Origin: Syntrophomonadaceae bacterium
GTDB taxonomy: Bacteria > Bacillota > Dethiobacteria > DTU022
Direction: 5' to 3'
DNA length: 36,836 bases
Assembly: GCA_007129055.1 (NCBI GenBank)
Contig: SKWE01000084.1
Coordinates: forward strand, 1-36,836
The position numbers were made by a program, and so were the translations under genes. The notes beneath the pieces were generated by a model. The model made no database searches. It was not told the DNA's origin and saw only the letters and a program-made list of their open reading frames with translations. Of the stretch, positions 1 through 9,012 are shown piece after piece; position 1 is the stretch's first letter, and the number at the start of each line of letters is the position of its first letter.

Positions 1-57
1 GTTTCAGGGAGAAAACTGAATATGAATCGTTAAAAATAAAATTTTAACGAGGGAAAG

Positions 58-192
58 TGTGTCTAGGGTTCCGCCGCTTACTTATAAAACTTGGTTAAAA
101 AGTATGACAAAGCGGGCTGGTCCGAGTGACACAGGCAGCCGTGCCGTATAAAAAAATGGCTGCCACACCGGAGGGATAAAAGCCCAGGCGGG
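58..192 (+). promoter_or_regulatory. ykkC-family riboswitch aptamer (subtype-2-like; candidate PRPP-responsive)
   Basis: The conserved ykkC blocks occur in the expected order: CUAGGGUUCCG (63-73), CUGGUCCGAG (116-125), an internal hairpin GGCAGCC/GGCUGCC (134-140/158-164) and ACACCGGAGGGAUAAAAGCCC (165-185). The element lies upstream of purine transport and biosynthesis genes rather than guanidine-detoxification genes. Confidence 0.7.
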
Positions 193-232
193 TAGGTTTC
201 GCTCGATGCCTATCTGTTTGGGCTCATTCTAT
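181..232 (+). terminator. Riboswitch expression-platform hairpin (putative intrinsic terminator)
   Basis: A continuous 16-bp stem (181-196 paired with 209-224, several G-U pairs) has a 12-nt loop and is followed by CAUUCUAUU. Its 5' arm AGCCCA is shared with the 3' end of the aptamer, so the two structures are mutually exclusive. Confidence 0.5.
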
Positions 233-336
233 TCCGGGAGGTGATCTCTTTACTGCTAATATTTCCTTTCAGACTTCTTTATTATTTATAACCTTTTAGT
301 CTTTAAGTTTACCCAAATAACTTTAGGAGGAAGAGA

Positions 337-1629
337 ATGGAAAAGTTTTTTAAGTTTAAGGAATTCAACACTAATTTAAAGACCGAAACAACAGCCGGAG
401 CAACAACTTTTATGACCATGGCTTACATTATCTTTGTAAACCCCTTTATACTAAGCACAACTGGCATGGATTTTGGCGCAGTAATGACAGCGACTATAAT
501 TGCAGCCGGTGTAACCACTATATTAATGGGTTTGCTAACCAATTATCCCTTTGCCCTGGCCAGTGGTATGGGGCTTAATGCATTTTTTGCTTTTGTTGTG
601 GCTTCTCAGTTCGGCTGGCAGGCCGCCCTGGCAGCAGTTTTCATTTCAGGAGTGGTCTTTCTTATATTAGCTGTAACAGGGGCTATCGCACATATAGATG
701 CTGCTGTACCAACCAGCCTGAAAAGCGCAGTTGCTGCCGGTATCGGTTTGTTTATTGCATTTATCGGGTTACAAAATGCAGGTATTATTGTTGGCTATGA
801 AGCTACCCAGGTAACACTTGGCAACCTGACTGACCCGGGCCCCATGCTTTCATTAATTGGCCTTTTATTTATTGCTGTGTTGATGGCCAGAAAAATTCGC
901 GGGGCAATTTTGATTGGAATTCTGCTTACGACAATTGTTAGCTTCATTATGGGCTTTCAACCAGCCCCAACAGGATTTGGTGACATTTTTGGGCCTCCGG
1001 CCAGCTTATCGCCAATATTATTACAGTTAGACTTCAGGGCAGTCTTTGCCATTCCTTTATTTGTTATATTTTCATTTGTTTTTGTTGATGTATTTGATAC
1101 CATGGGCACGCTGCTTGGAACAGGTGCCAGGGCAGGGTATCTTGATAAAGATGGCCGCTTGCCGAAAGTCAATAAGGCAATGCTGGTGGACTCAATCGGA
1201 ACAATGGGTGGAGCCCTGATAGGAACCAGCACTGTCACAACCTATATCGAATCAACAGCCGGTATTTCTGAAGGCGGTAAAACTGGATTTACATCAGTTG
1301 TGACCGGGATCTTGTTCTTCCTGACCCTTTTCCTCGCCCCGCTTGCCGGGCTGGTACCGGCTGAAGCAACTGCACCGGCTTTAATTATAGTGGGTGTATT
1401 GATGGTCGGGGCAGTTATGAAAATCGACTTTGATGATTTTACGGAGGCATTCCCTGCCTTTTTAACCATTATATTTATGCCATTGGCCTACAGCATTGCC
1501 GATGGGATTGCATTTGGTTTTATCGCATTTCCACTGGTAAAAGTTGTAGCCGGAAAATCCAAGGAAGTACATTGGCTGCTCTACATTCTGGCAGCTATAT
1601 CTCTCGTTCACTTTTTCGGGCTGTTTTAA
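337..1629 (+). CDS. Purine (adenine/guanine/hypoxanthine) permease, AzgA/PbuG-type NCS2 family
   Basis: 430-aa polytopic membrane ORF with AGGAGG 6 nt upstream of the ATG. The N-terminus FKFKEFNTNLKTETTAGATTFMTMAYIIFVNP is typical of AzgA/PbuG permeases. Confidence 0.9.
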   Translation: MEKFFKFKEFNTNLKTETTAGATTFMTMAYIIFVNPFILSTTGMDFGAVMTATIIAAGVTTILMGLLTNYPFALASGMGLNAFFAFVVASQFGWQAALAAVFISGVVFLILAVTGAIAHIDAAVPTSLKSAVAAGIGLFIAFIGLQNAGIIVGYEATQVTLGNLTDPGPMLSLIGLLFIAVLMARKIRGAILIGILLTTIVSFIMGFQPAPTGFGDIFGPPASLSPILLQLDFRAVFAIPLFVIFSFVFVDVFDTMGTLLGTGARAGYLDKDGRLPKVNKAMLVDSIGTMGGALIGTSTVTTYIESTAGISEGGKTGFTSVVTGILFFLTLFLAPLAGLVPAEATAPALIIVGVLMVGAVMKIDFDDFTEAFPAFLTIIFMPLAYSIADGIAFGFIAFPLVKVVAGKSKEVHWLLYILAAISLVHFFGLF

Positions 1630-1796
1630 AGCGTAGTAATATAAGGTTTATTACAGGTTTAAGTATTATTAAAAAAAGCTTTTGATAGTATATATTTAAA
1701 GGTGAAAACCGGAATTCGAAACCTGTGGTGATTACATTAAGAGAATTAACCCGGGTTTCGTTTTTCCGGCTGCCGACCAATAGAGTGGAGGCGAAA

Positions 1797-2324
1797 ATGG
1801 TAATGACAAAAAAGGTTGGAATAATAATGGGCAGTGATTCAGATCTACCGATCATGGAAAAGTGTGCAGAAGCTCTTGAACAATTTGGCATAGAATGGGA
1901 AATGGTAGTATCAAGTGCACATCGGCATCCTGAAAAAACTGCAAAATTTGCCCGCGGCGCAACCGAAGCAGGTATCGGAGTTATAGTGGCCGGCGCCGGA
2001 GGCGCAGCCCATCTGCCGGGTGTTATAGCATCAATGACATATTTACCGGTTATCGGGGTTCCAGTAGCTATTGAACCGCTTCAGGGAGTAGATTCGCTGC
2101 ATTCAATTGTCCAGATGCCCCAGGGGATTCCGGTAGCAACTGTGACTATTAACGGCGCATATAATGCCGGTTTACTTGCAGCACAGATCCTGGCAGTGGA
2201 AGACGAAGCTTTACAGAAAAAGCTATCGGCTTATCGTGATGCACTGGCCTTAAAAGTAGAAGAAAAAGACAAAAAATTACAGGAAAAAATTAAAGAAAGA
2301 AAACGAAATGGAGCAGGTGAATAA
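1797..2324 (+). CDS. purE: N5-carboxyaminoimidazole ribonucleotide mutase (class I PurE)
   Basis: Motifs GIIMGSDSDL, SAHRHPEK and AGGAAHLPGV...VQMPQGIPVATV are present. GGAGG at 1787-1791 favours the ATG at 1797 over the ORF-track start at 1725. Confidence 0.93.
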   Translation: MVMTKKVGIIMGSDSDLPIMEKCAEALEQFGIEWEMVVSSAHRHPEKTAKFARGATEAGIGVIVAGAGGAAHLPGVIASMTYLPVIGVPVAIEPLQGVDSLHSIVQMPQGIPVATVTINGAYNAGLLAAQILAVEDEALQKKLSAYRDALALKVEEKDKKLQEKIKERKRNGAGE

Positions 2325-2326
2325 AA

Positions 2327-3619
2327 ATGATTGAACGCTATACCGGGGAAGAGATGGGCAGGATATGGAGCCTGGAGAACCGTTACAGGAAATTCCTGGA
2401 GGTAGAAATACTAGCTTCACAGGCCTGGGCTGAACTGGGTGTCATTCCCCGTGAAGCAGCCTCATTGATCGCTGAAAATGCTGCTTTTACTGTAGAGCGG
2501 ATTGAAGAATTGGAAAAAGAGACGCGCCATGATGTGGTAGCTTTCACAAGAGCTGTAGCTGAGTCCCTGGGTGAAGAAAGCCGTTATTTTCATTACGGGC
2601 TTACTTCTTATGATATTGTTGATACCGCTCTTTCTGTAATGCTTAAAGAAGCTTCGGTAATAATTGCTGCAGGTTTGCAGGAAATGGAAGATATTTTAAA
2701 ACAACATGCTTTAAAACACAAGGATACAGCCACCGTGGGAAGAACACACGGTGTACATGCTGAACCGACCAGCCTCGGTTTAAAATTTGCTCTCTGGATG
2801 GCAGAGATTCAAAGAAACCGGAAGCGATTTGAAGAAGCGACAAAAAGTATAAGTGTTGGAAAACTATCTGGTGCGGTTGGAAACTTTGCCCATATCGATC
2901 CTTTCATCGAAGAGTATGTCTGTAAAGAGCTAGGCTTGGAACCTGCTCCAGTATCGACCCAGGTTCTGCAGCGTGACCGACATGCTGAGTACCTGGGAAT
3001 ATTGGCTTTAATCGGTGCTACTTTAGAGAAGGTGGCTCTTGAAATCAGGAACCTCCAGCGGACTGAAGTTCGTGAACTTGAAGAACCATTTTATAGCGGG
3101 CAGAAAGGATCATCAGCAATGCCCCATAAACGCAACCCTGTTACCTGCGAAAAAGTTTGCGGTATTGCCCGTCTTCTCAGGGGGTATGCTGTTGCAGCAT
3201 TGGAAAATGTAGCGCTTTGGCATGAACGGGATATTTCACACTCCTCAGTGGAGCGCGTCATCCTGCCGGACAGTACGATTGCCACAGATCACATCTTACA
3301 AGAGATGATCAGGGTGATTAAAGACATAAAAATTAATGATCAAAACCTGTCTGAAAACCTGGAGATAACCGGAGGGTTGATCTATTCCCAGCGGGTACTT
3401 CTTGAACTGGTTGAAAGCGGGTTGTCCCGTGAAGATGCTTATGACCTTGTACAGGGATGTGCAATGAGAGCCTGGGAGGAAAAGCTTTCTTTCAAAGATC
3501 TTCTGGCATCTGATACTATAGTTGAGGAAAAATTAGGTTTAGAAAAATTAAATGAATGTTTTAACCCGGCTCATTATTTGAAACGGGTTAACTATATATA
3601 TAAAAGGCTTGGAATATAA
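2327..3619 (+). CDS. purB: Adenylosuccinate lyase
   Basis: 430 aa with the fumarate-lyase signature GSSAMPHKRNP. N-terminus is MIERYTGEEMGRIWS. Confidence 0.95.
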   Translation: MIERYTGEEMGRIWSLENRYRKFLEVEILASQAWAELGVIPREAASLIAENAAFTVERIEELEKETRHDVVAFTRAVAESLGEESRYFHYGLTSYDIVDTALSVMLKEASVIIAAGLQEMEDILKQHALKHKDTATVGRTHGVHAEPTSLGLKFALWMAEIQRNRKRFEEATKSISVGKLSGAVGNFAHIDPFIEEYVCKELGLEPAPVSTQVLQRDRHAEYLGILALIGATLEKVALEIRNLQRTEVRELEEPFYSGQKGSSAMPHKRNPVTCEKVCGIARLLRGYAVAALENVALWHERDISHSSVERVILPDSTIATDHILQEMIRVIKDIKINDQNLSENLEITGGLIYSQRVLLELVESGLSREDAYDLVQGCAMRAWEEKLSFKDLLASDTIVEEKLGLEKLNECFNPAHYLKRVNYIYKRLGI

Positions 3620-3640
3620 CAGGTAAAGGAGTTTGAGCTG

Positions 3641-4351
3641 ATGAAAAAATGTGAATTTATGTATGAGGGCAAGGCAAAAAGAATTTATAAGACAGAAGAT
3701 CCGGCATTGGTAATTGTTGAGTTTAAGGATGATGCCACAGCTTTTGATGGTGTAAAAAAAGACACACTGGTTGATAAAGGTATTTTAAATAATCGCTTGT
3801 CATCAATATTTTTTGAGCTGTTGGAAGATAATGAGGTAGCTACTCATTATGTGAAACCGCTCTCAGAGCGTGAGATGCTTGTTAAGGGATTGGAAATTAT
3901 TCCTGTTGAAGTTATTGTCCGGAATATAGCCGCAGGCAGCCTTTCTAAACGTCTTGGCATAGAAGAAGGAAAGGAAATGAAAAAAACAGTGCTTGAGTTC
4001 TCCCTGAAGGATGATGAGCTGCATGACCCGATGATCAATCATTACCATATTTATGCCATGGAGTTGGCAACCGCTGAAGAGATGGATGAAATTGAAAAGG
4101 CAGCGCTGAGAGTAAATGATATCCTTGTTCCATATTTGTTGGAAAAGGGGATAATTCTTGTTGATTTTAAACTTGAATTCGGCAGACATAAGGGCGAAAT
4201 TTTATTAGGTGATGAAATATCACCTGACACCTGCCGTTTCTGGGATAGCAGCAGTAAAGAGAAATTGGATAAAGATCGTTTTCGCAGGGATATGGGCGGG
4301 GTTGTTGAAGCATATCGTGAAGTACTTCGTCGCCTGGAGGGGGGAGAGTAA
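3641..4351 (+). CDS. purC: SAICAR synthetase
   Basis: 236 aa beginning YEGKAKRIY, with DTCRFWD and KDRFRRD motifs, in the pur operon. An alternative start is the ATG at 3659. Confidence 0.93.
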   Translation: MKKCEFMYEGKAKRIYKTEDPALVIVEFKDDATAFDGVKKDTLVDKGILNNRLSSIFFELLEDNEVATHYVKPLSEREMLVKGLEIIPVEVIVRNIAAGSLSKRLGIEEGKEMKKTVLEFSLKDDELHDPMINHYHIYAMELATAEEMDEIEKAALRVNDILVPYLLEKGIILVDFKLEFGRHKGEILLGDEISPDTCRFWDSSSKEKLDKDRFRRDMGGVVEAYREVLRRLEGGE

Positions 4352-4352
4352 C

Positions 4353-4610
4353 CTGCAATTCATTGCTAAAGTGGAGGTTACCCTGAAAAAAGCGGTTCTC
4401 GATCCACAGGGGGTTGCTGTAGAGAATTCGCTGAAGGCGCTGGGTTATAATAACACTTCGGGTGTACGGGTAGGTAAATATATAGAATTAACCCTGGAAG
4501 CGGGTAATAGCAAAGACGCCGCATTACAGGTGGAAGAGATGTCACGCAGGCTGCTCAGTAACCCTGTAATTGAAGATTTCAGCTATACAATACAGGAGGC
4601 CGGCAGATGA
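4353..4610 (+). CDS. purS: FGAM synthase subunit PurS (start codon uncertain: CTG 4353, ATT 4362 or GTG 4371)
   Basis: [28 protein letters not shown]...NPVIEDFSY matches the roughly 80-aa PurS fold as I recall it. The ORF-track extension back to 4209 overlaps purC and is not credible. GGAGG at 4336-4340 lies just upstream. Confidence 0.8.
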   Translation: MQFIAKVEVTLKKAVLDPQGVAVENSLKALGYNNTSGVRVGKYIELTLEAGNSKDAALQVEEMSRRLLSNPVIEDFSYTIQEAGR

Positions 4611-5317
4611 AATTTGGAGTAGTAGTCTTTCCCGGATCGAACTGTGATCTTGATGCTTACCACCTGTTAAAAGATGTTCTGAACCTGCCGGTTGAATACA
4701 TTTATTATAACCAAAAAATAGTTAATAATTACGACCTGATTATTTTGCCGGGAGGTTTTACATATGGTGATTACCTGCGGTCCGGTGCTATAGCGCGTTT
4801 CAGCCCTGTTATGGATACTATTGTTGATTTTGCTGAAAGAGGCGGCTTAATACTGGGAATATGTAATGGTTTCCAGGTGTTGACTGAAGCAGGCCTCCTG
4901 CCCGGTGCCCTCTACCGCAATAGTCACCTCCAATTTCGATGCGAAAAAGTATACCTGAAAGTTGAAAATAATAATTCACCTTTTACTGTTATAGCAAAAG
5001 AAGGTGATGTTCTGAAAATTCCTGTTGCCCATGGTGACGGGAATTATTATGCTGATCCAGCTACTCTGAAAGAGTTAGAGAATAATAAGCAAATACTTTT
5101 CCGTTATTGTGATCAGGAAGGGAATGTTACGGAGCAGGCAAATCCTAATGGGTCCCTGTTGAATATTGCTGGAATTTGTAACAGTAAACGAAACGTAGCA
5201 GGAATGATGCCTCACCCGGAAAGGGCAGGAGAAGCCCTGCTGGGCTCTACAGACGGTCTGGTAATATTTAAATCAATTCTCAAGAGCCTGGAAAGGGGTG
5301 GATGGACTGATGGATAA
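4607..5317 (+). CDS. purQ: FGAM synthase glutamine amidotransferase subunit
   Basis: Contains the nucleophile motif GICNGFQ and the C-terminal MPHPER. The start overlaps the purS stop by 4 nt. Confidence 0.95.
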   Translation: MKFGVVVFPGSNCDLDAYHLLKDVLNLPVEYIYYNQKIVNNYDLIILPGGFTYGDYLRSGAIARFSPVMDTIVDFAERGGLILGICNGFQVLTEAGLLPGALYRNSHLQFRCEKVYLKVENNNSPFTVIAKEGDVLKIPVAHGDGNYYADPATLKELENNKQILFRYCDQEGNVTEQANPNGSLLNIAGICNSKRNVAGMMPHPERAGEALLGSTDGLVIFKSILKSLERGGWTDG

Positions 5318-7508
5318 TGTTGCCTGGCGTGAACTCGGCTTAACGGATGAGGAATACAGAATGATTGTTGAACAGGTTGGCAGAGAGCCAAATTTAACAG
5401 AGCTGAACATGTATAGTGTAATGTGGTCAGAACACTGTAGTTATAAGCATTCACGCTCATCCTTAAGTCTTTTTCCTACCTGTGGGCCAAGGGTAATCCA
5501 GGGGCCGGGAGAAAATGCAGGTGTTGTTGATATTGGAGATGGATGGGCAGTTGTTTTTAAAATTGAAAGCCATAATCATCCCTCGGCTATCGAGCCGTAC
5601 CAGGGAGCAGCAACAGGTGTCGGCGGTATTTTAAGAGATATATTTACGATGGGTGCGCAACCTGTGGCATTTTTGAATTCCCTGCGGTTTGGAGACTTGG
5701 AAGATCCCCGGGTCCGTTATTTATTTGACGGCGTTGTTGCCGGTATCGGCGGTTATGGAAACTGTGTAGGAATTCCAACTGTTGCCGGAGAGATCTATTT
5801 TGATCCCTGCTATAGCGGTAATCCGCTTGTAAATGCCATGTGCGTCGGCGTAATGCCCAAAGACAGCCTAGTATTGGGTAAGGCTTGCGGTATTGGGAAC
5901 CTGGTTATTCTTGTAGGTGCCCGGACTGGCCGCGACGGCATTCATGGAGTAACTTTTGCCTCTGAAGAACTATCAGAAGAATCGGAAGAGAAACGCCCTG
6001 CAGTCCAGGTAGGAGATCCTTTTCTTGGTAAATTATTAATGGATGCAACCCTTGAGACAATCAGGAAAAGTTTGGTTTGCGGGGTTCAGGATTTTGGTGG
6101 CGCTGGTTTAACATGTGCCCTCACAGAAACTGCTTCCCGGGCTGGAACAGGGATTGAAATAGATCTGGACCAGGTCCCGCTGAGGGAAGAAGGAATGCAG
6201 CCTTACGAAATATTAACTTCTGAATCACAGGAACGCATGCTTTTAATTGTTGAGCCCGGCAAGCTAGCTGAAGTGGAAAAGGTATTTCAACGTTGGGAAC
6301 TGCCCCTGGCTGTGCTGGGAAAAGTAACCTCTGACGGTAACGTGGTGGCTCTATACCGGGGAGAAAAGGTAGTAGAATTACCTGCTGACAGTGTGGCAGG
6401 CGGAGCTCCTGCCTACAACCCGGAATATAGAGAGCCTGTGTACTACAATGAGTTGGCAAAATTTGATCCTTCTGTAATGCCGCCACCCGGGGGTTTCGGG
6501 AAAGCTCTTTTAAAACTGCTTTCGTCACCTGATGTGGCATCAAAGGAATGGGCCTGGCGCAGATACGATTACTCTGTGCGGACATGCACGGTTCAGGGTC
6601 CGGGAGGAGAGGCTGCAGTTATCCGGCTGCGTGAAACCGGAAAAGGGCTTGCCCTTTCCGTTGATGGTAATGGAAGGTTAACCTATTTGAACCCCTACAT
6701 AGGCGGTATGATGGCTGTAGCAGAGGCGACGAGAAACCTGAGTTGTGTTGGTGCCGAACCGATTGGCATTACAGACTGCCTTAATTTCGGTAACCCTGAA
6801 AAGCCTGAGATATTCTGGCAGTTCAGACAGGCTGTAACGGGTATGGCAGAAGCCTGTCGCGAGTTAGAAGTGCCTGTAGTTGGAGGCAACGTGAGTTTTT
6901 ATAACGAAGTCGAAGGGGAAGCAATTTACCCGACACCGGTGGTCGGGGCAGTAGGACTTCTTGATAATCCGGAAAAAGCATGTTCAAATGCTCTTGGAAG
7001 CGAAGGTGACTTAATCTGCCTGCTTGGCGCTCCTGAGGTTTCCCTGGGCGGCAGCCAGTATTTGAAAAGCTGCTGTAATAAGGTGGCAGGCAGACTGGCC
7101 GATATTGATCTGCAGTTTGAAAAACGGCTACAGGAAAAGCTGCGCTTGTTAATAGCAGAAGAACTATTAGTGTCAGCACGCGATCTATCAGATGGAGGGC
7201 TATCTGTTGCCCTTGCAGAAAGCTGTTTGGCTGGCAACAGGGGAGCGGTAATTGATTTGGGCCGGATGGATAACCTGGTTATGCAGTTATTTGGAGAAGG
7301 GCCATCAAGGATTCTTATCTCTTTTAAACCCGGTAATAGAGATAAAATAGTTATGCTTTCAAAGGAAAGTTCTATTCCATTGACATTTTTGGGAATAGCT
7401 ATTGAAAACACTTTGATAATCAAAAGTGACGATGATATAATACTTAAGTTGAGTCTCGATGAAATGAAAGAGGCTTACGGGGAGGTTTTTTCATGTATTA
7501 TGGGGTAG
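5298..7508 (+). CDS. purL: FGAM synthase II (large subunit)
   Basis: 736 aa with SEHCSYKHS and [21 protein letters not shown] motifs. It overlaps the end of purQ. Confidence 0.95.
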   Translation: MDGLMDNVAWRELGLTDEEYRMIVEQVGREPNLTELNMYSVMWSEHCSYKHSRSSLSLFPTCGPRVIQGPGENAGVVDIGDGWAVVFKIESHNHPSAIEPYQGAATGVGGILRDIFTMGAQPVAFLNSLRFGDLEDPRVRYLFDGVVAGIGGYGNCVGIPTVAGEIYFDPCYSGNPLVNAMCVGVMPKDSLVLGKACGIGNLVILVGARTGRDGIHGVTFASEELSEESEEKRPAVQVGDPFLGKLLMDATLETIRKSLVCGVQDFGGAGLTCALTETASRAGTGIEIDLDQVPLREEGMQPYEILTSESQERMLLIVEPGKLAEVEKVFQRWELPLAVLGKVTSDGNVVALYRGEKVVELPADSVAGGAPAYNPEYREPVYYNELAKFDPSVMPPPGGFGKALLKLLSSPDVASKEWAWRRYDYSVRTCTVQGPGGEAAVIRLRETGKGLALSVDGNGRLTYLNPYIGGMMAVAEATRNLSCVGAEPIGITDCLNFGNPEKPEIFWQFRQAVTGMAEACRELEVPVVGGNVSFYNEVEGEAIYPTPVVGAVGLLDNPEKACSNALGSEGDLICLLGAPEVSLGGSQYLKSCCNKVAGRLADIDLQFEKRLQEKLRLLIAEELLVSARDLSDGGLSVALAESCLAGNRGAVIDLGRMDNLVMQLFGEGPSRILISFKPGNRDKIVMLSKESSIPLTFLGIAIENTLIIKSDDDIILKLSLDEMKEAYGEVFSCIMG

Positions 7509-8890
7509 CTGCTGCGGATAAACCGCGGGAGGCCTGTGGCGTTTGCGGTGGATTTGCAGAAAACCAACCCCTTGCTTTTCTAACCTGTTTTGCCTTATAT
7601 GCCCTGCAGCATCGTGGACAGGAAAGTGCAGGTATTGTGGCCGGACCTGGAGATGGAAGGAAACTATGGGTGAAAAGGGATATGGGCTTGGTTTCTGATG
7701 TCTTTCCAGACACTGCTGACCTAAAAGGCATAGTCTGTAAATTAGCAGTCGGACATGTACGCTACTCTTACGGTTCTGACGGCCGGGATCCTGAGAATAC
7801 TCAACCATTGAAACTCCGTTACCGCCATGGAGAACTTGCTATTGCCCACAACGGACATTTATTAAATGCTCTTGAATTGCGTGAAGAGCTCGAAAAGCAA
7901 GGAGCTATATTCCAAACTGATACAGATAGTGAGCTTTTAGCTCACATGGTGGCAAGGCAGGGTAGCGAATCTCTGGAGGAAGCCCTTGCGCAGGTAGCGC
8001 CCCGTTTAAAAGGCGCTTTTGCCTTTGTCGTCACCGACGGCAGAAAAATTGTTGGATTGCGAGATGGTTACGGTTTCAGGCCCCTGTCTGTTGCGAGCCT
8101 GGAAGGAGGAGGCTATTATCTTGCTTCCGAAACTTGTGCTTTTGATACCATAGGCGCATCTTTTATACGCGATTTGGAGCCGGGCGAAATGATTGTGCTT
8201 GATGAAAATGGGATGCACAGCAGACAGATTGTTGAAAGCAAATCTGAAAACCTCTGCATATTTGAATACATATACCTGGCCCGACCGGACAGTAACATGA
8301 AGGGCGTAAATGTTCACCTGGCCAGGCGCGAAATGGGGCGTCGTTTAGCACGGGAACACCCGGTCGATGCTGATATAGTTTCCGGGGTTCCAGACTCAAG
8401 TATAGCAGCAGCATCAGGCTTCGCAGAACAGGCAGGTTTGCCATACGAAATGGCTTTGGTTAAAAATCGTTATATTGGCAGGACATTTATTAAACCAACC
8501 CAGAAAATGCGGGAAGAAGGGGTTGATTTGAAGTTAAATGCTGTAAACAAGATTGTTGATGGGAAGCGTGTAGTCCTTGTAGACGATTCCATAGTTCGCG
8601 GGACAACCAGTTTAAAGTTGATCAGAATAATGAGGCGTGCCGGTGCAACAGAAGTGCACCTTAGGATAAGTTCTCCACCTGTAATCGGTTCATGCTATTA
8701 TGGCATAGATACACCTGACAGGGACGATCTTATTGCCTATAGCCGATCTGTTGATGAAATTGCCAGGCTTACCGGTGCCGACTCAATTGGATACCTGAGC
8801 ATGGGAGAAGTTGTTGCTGCTCTTGGCCTACCATCTGGGCAATTATGCAGGGCCTGTTTTAGCGGCGATTATCCCATAATACACGATTGA
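7493..8890 (+). CDS. purF: Amidophosphoribosyltransferase (Fe-S type, with propeptide)
   Basis: A propeptide precedes the Ntn Cys (REACGVCG). The PRPP loop [12 protein letters not shown] is present, as are Cys clusters SCYYGID and [17 protein letters not shown] lies 6 nt upstream of the ATG. Confidence 0.95.
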   Translation: MYYGVAAADKPREACGVCGGFAENQPLAFLTCFALYALQHRGQESAGIVAGPGDGRKLWVKRDMGLVSDVFPDTADLKGIVCKLAVGHVRYSYGSDGRDPENTQPLKLRYRHGELAIAHNGHLLNALELREELEKQGAIFQTDTDSELLAHMVARQGSESLEEALAQVAPRLKGAFAFVVTDGRKIVGLRDGYGFRPLSVASLEGGGYYLASETCAFDTIGASFIRDLEPGEMIVLDENGMHSRQIVESKSENLCIFEYIYLARPDSNMKGVNVHLARREMGRRLAREHPVDADIVSGVPDSSIAAASGFAEQAGLPYEMALVKNRYIGRTFIKPTQKMREEGVDLKLNAVNKIVDGKRVVLVDDSIVRGTTSLKLIRIMRRAGATEVHLRISSPPVIGSCYYGIDTPDRDDLIAYSRSVDEIARLTGADSIGYLSMGEVVAALGLPSGQLCRACFSGDYPIIHD

Positions 8891-9012
8891 TGCAGGATTT
8901 AAATGATTCGAAAGAGAATTGTTTGAATGTGGTTTTACAGTATATTATGTTTTATTGCTTACTTATTAAATACTATTTAAGTCAGACAAAAGCTATTGGG
9001 AGGTAGAAAGAA

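Noticed and set aside
1-30. GUUUCAGGGAGAAAACUGAAUAUG looked like the 3' half of a guanine/adenine riboswitch (GUUUCUACC...GACUAUG), which would make a tandem guanine-PRPP arrangement.
   Set aside because: There is no P3 stem, no CCGUAAAU loop, and the J2/3 and J3/1 sequences differ at conserved positions. The window edge prevents evaluation of the 5' half.
28-49. AT-rich hairpin CGTTAAAA-ATAAAA-TTTTAACG upstream of the riboswitch.
   Set aside because: It is a real inverted repeat but weak (all A/T apart from the terminal C-G pairs). Its function cannot be assigned; it could be an upstream terminator remnant or a chance occurrence.
181-192. The minus strand reads CCGCCTGGGC, which resembles the conserved 3' element of ZTP (pfl) riboswitches and would fit a purine context.
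   Set aside because: The rest of the ZTP consensus (GGGUCGUGACUGGCG and the P1/P2 subdomain) is absent on the minus strand. The segment is fully explained as the 3' block of the plus-strand ykkC aptamer.
1725-1796. N-terminal ORF-track extensions of purE (1725), purN (12126), purH (12739), the fumarase alpha subunit (33992) and the fumarase beta subunit (34901).
   Set aside because: In each case a downstream start with a proper GGAGG-type RBS gives the canonical N-terminus. The extensions lack homology.
4209-4352. The ORF track extends purS upstream by 48 codons, overlapping purC.
   Set aside because: The extension has no PurS homology and lies inside the purC coding frame. PurS is a protein of about 80 aa.
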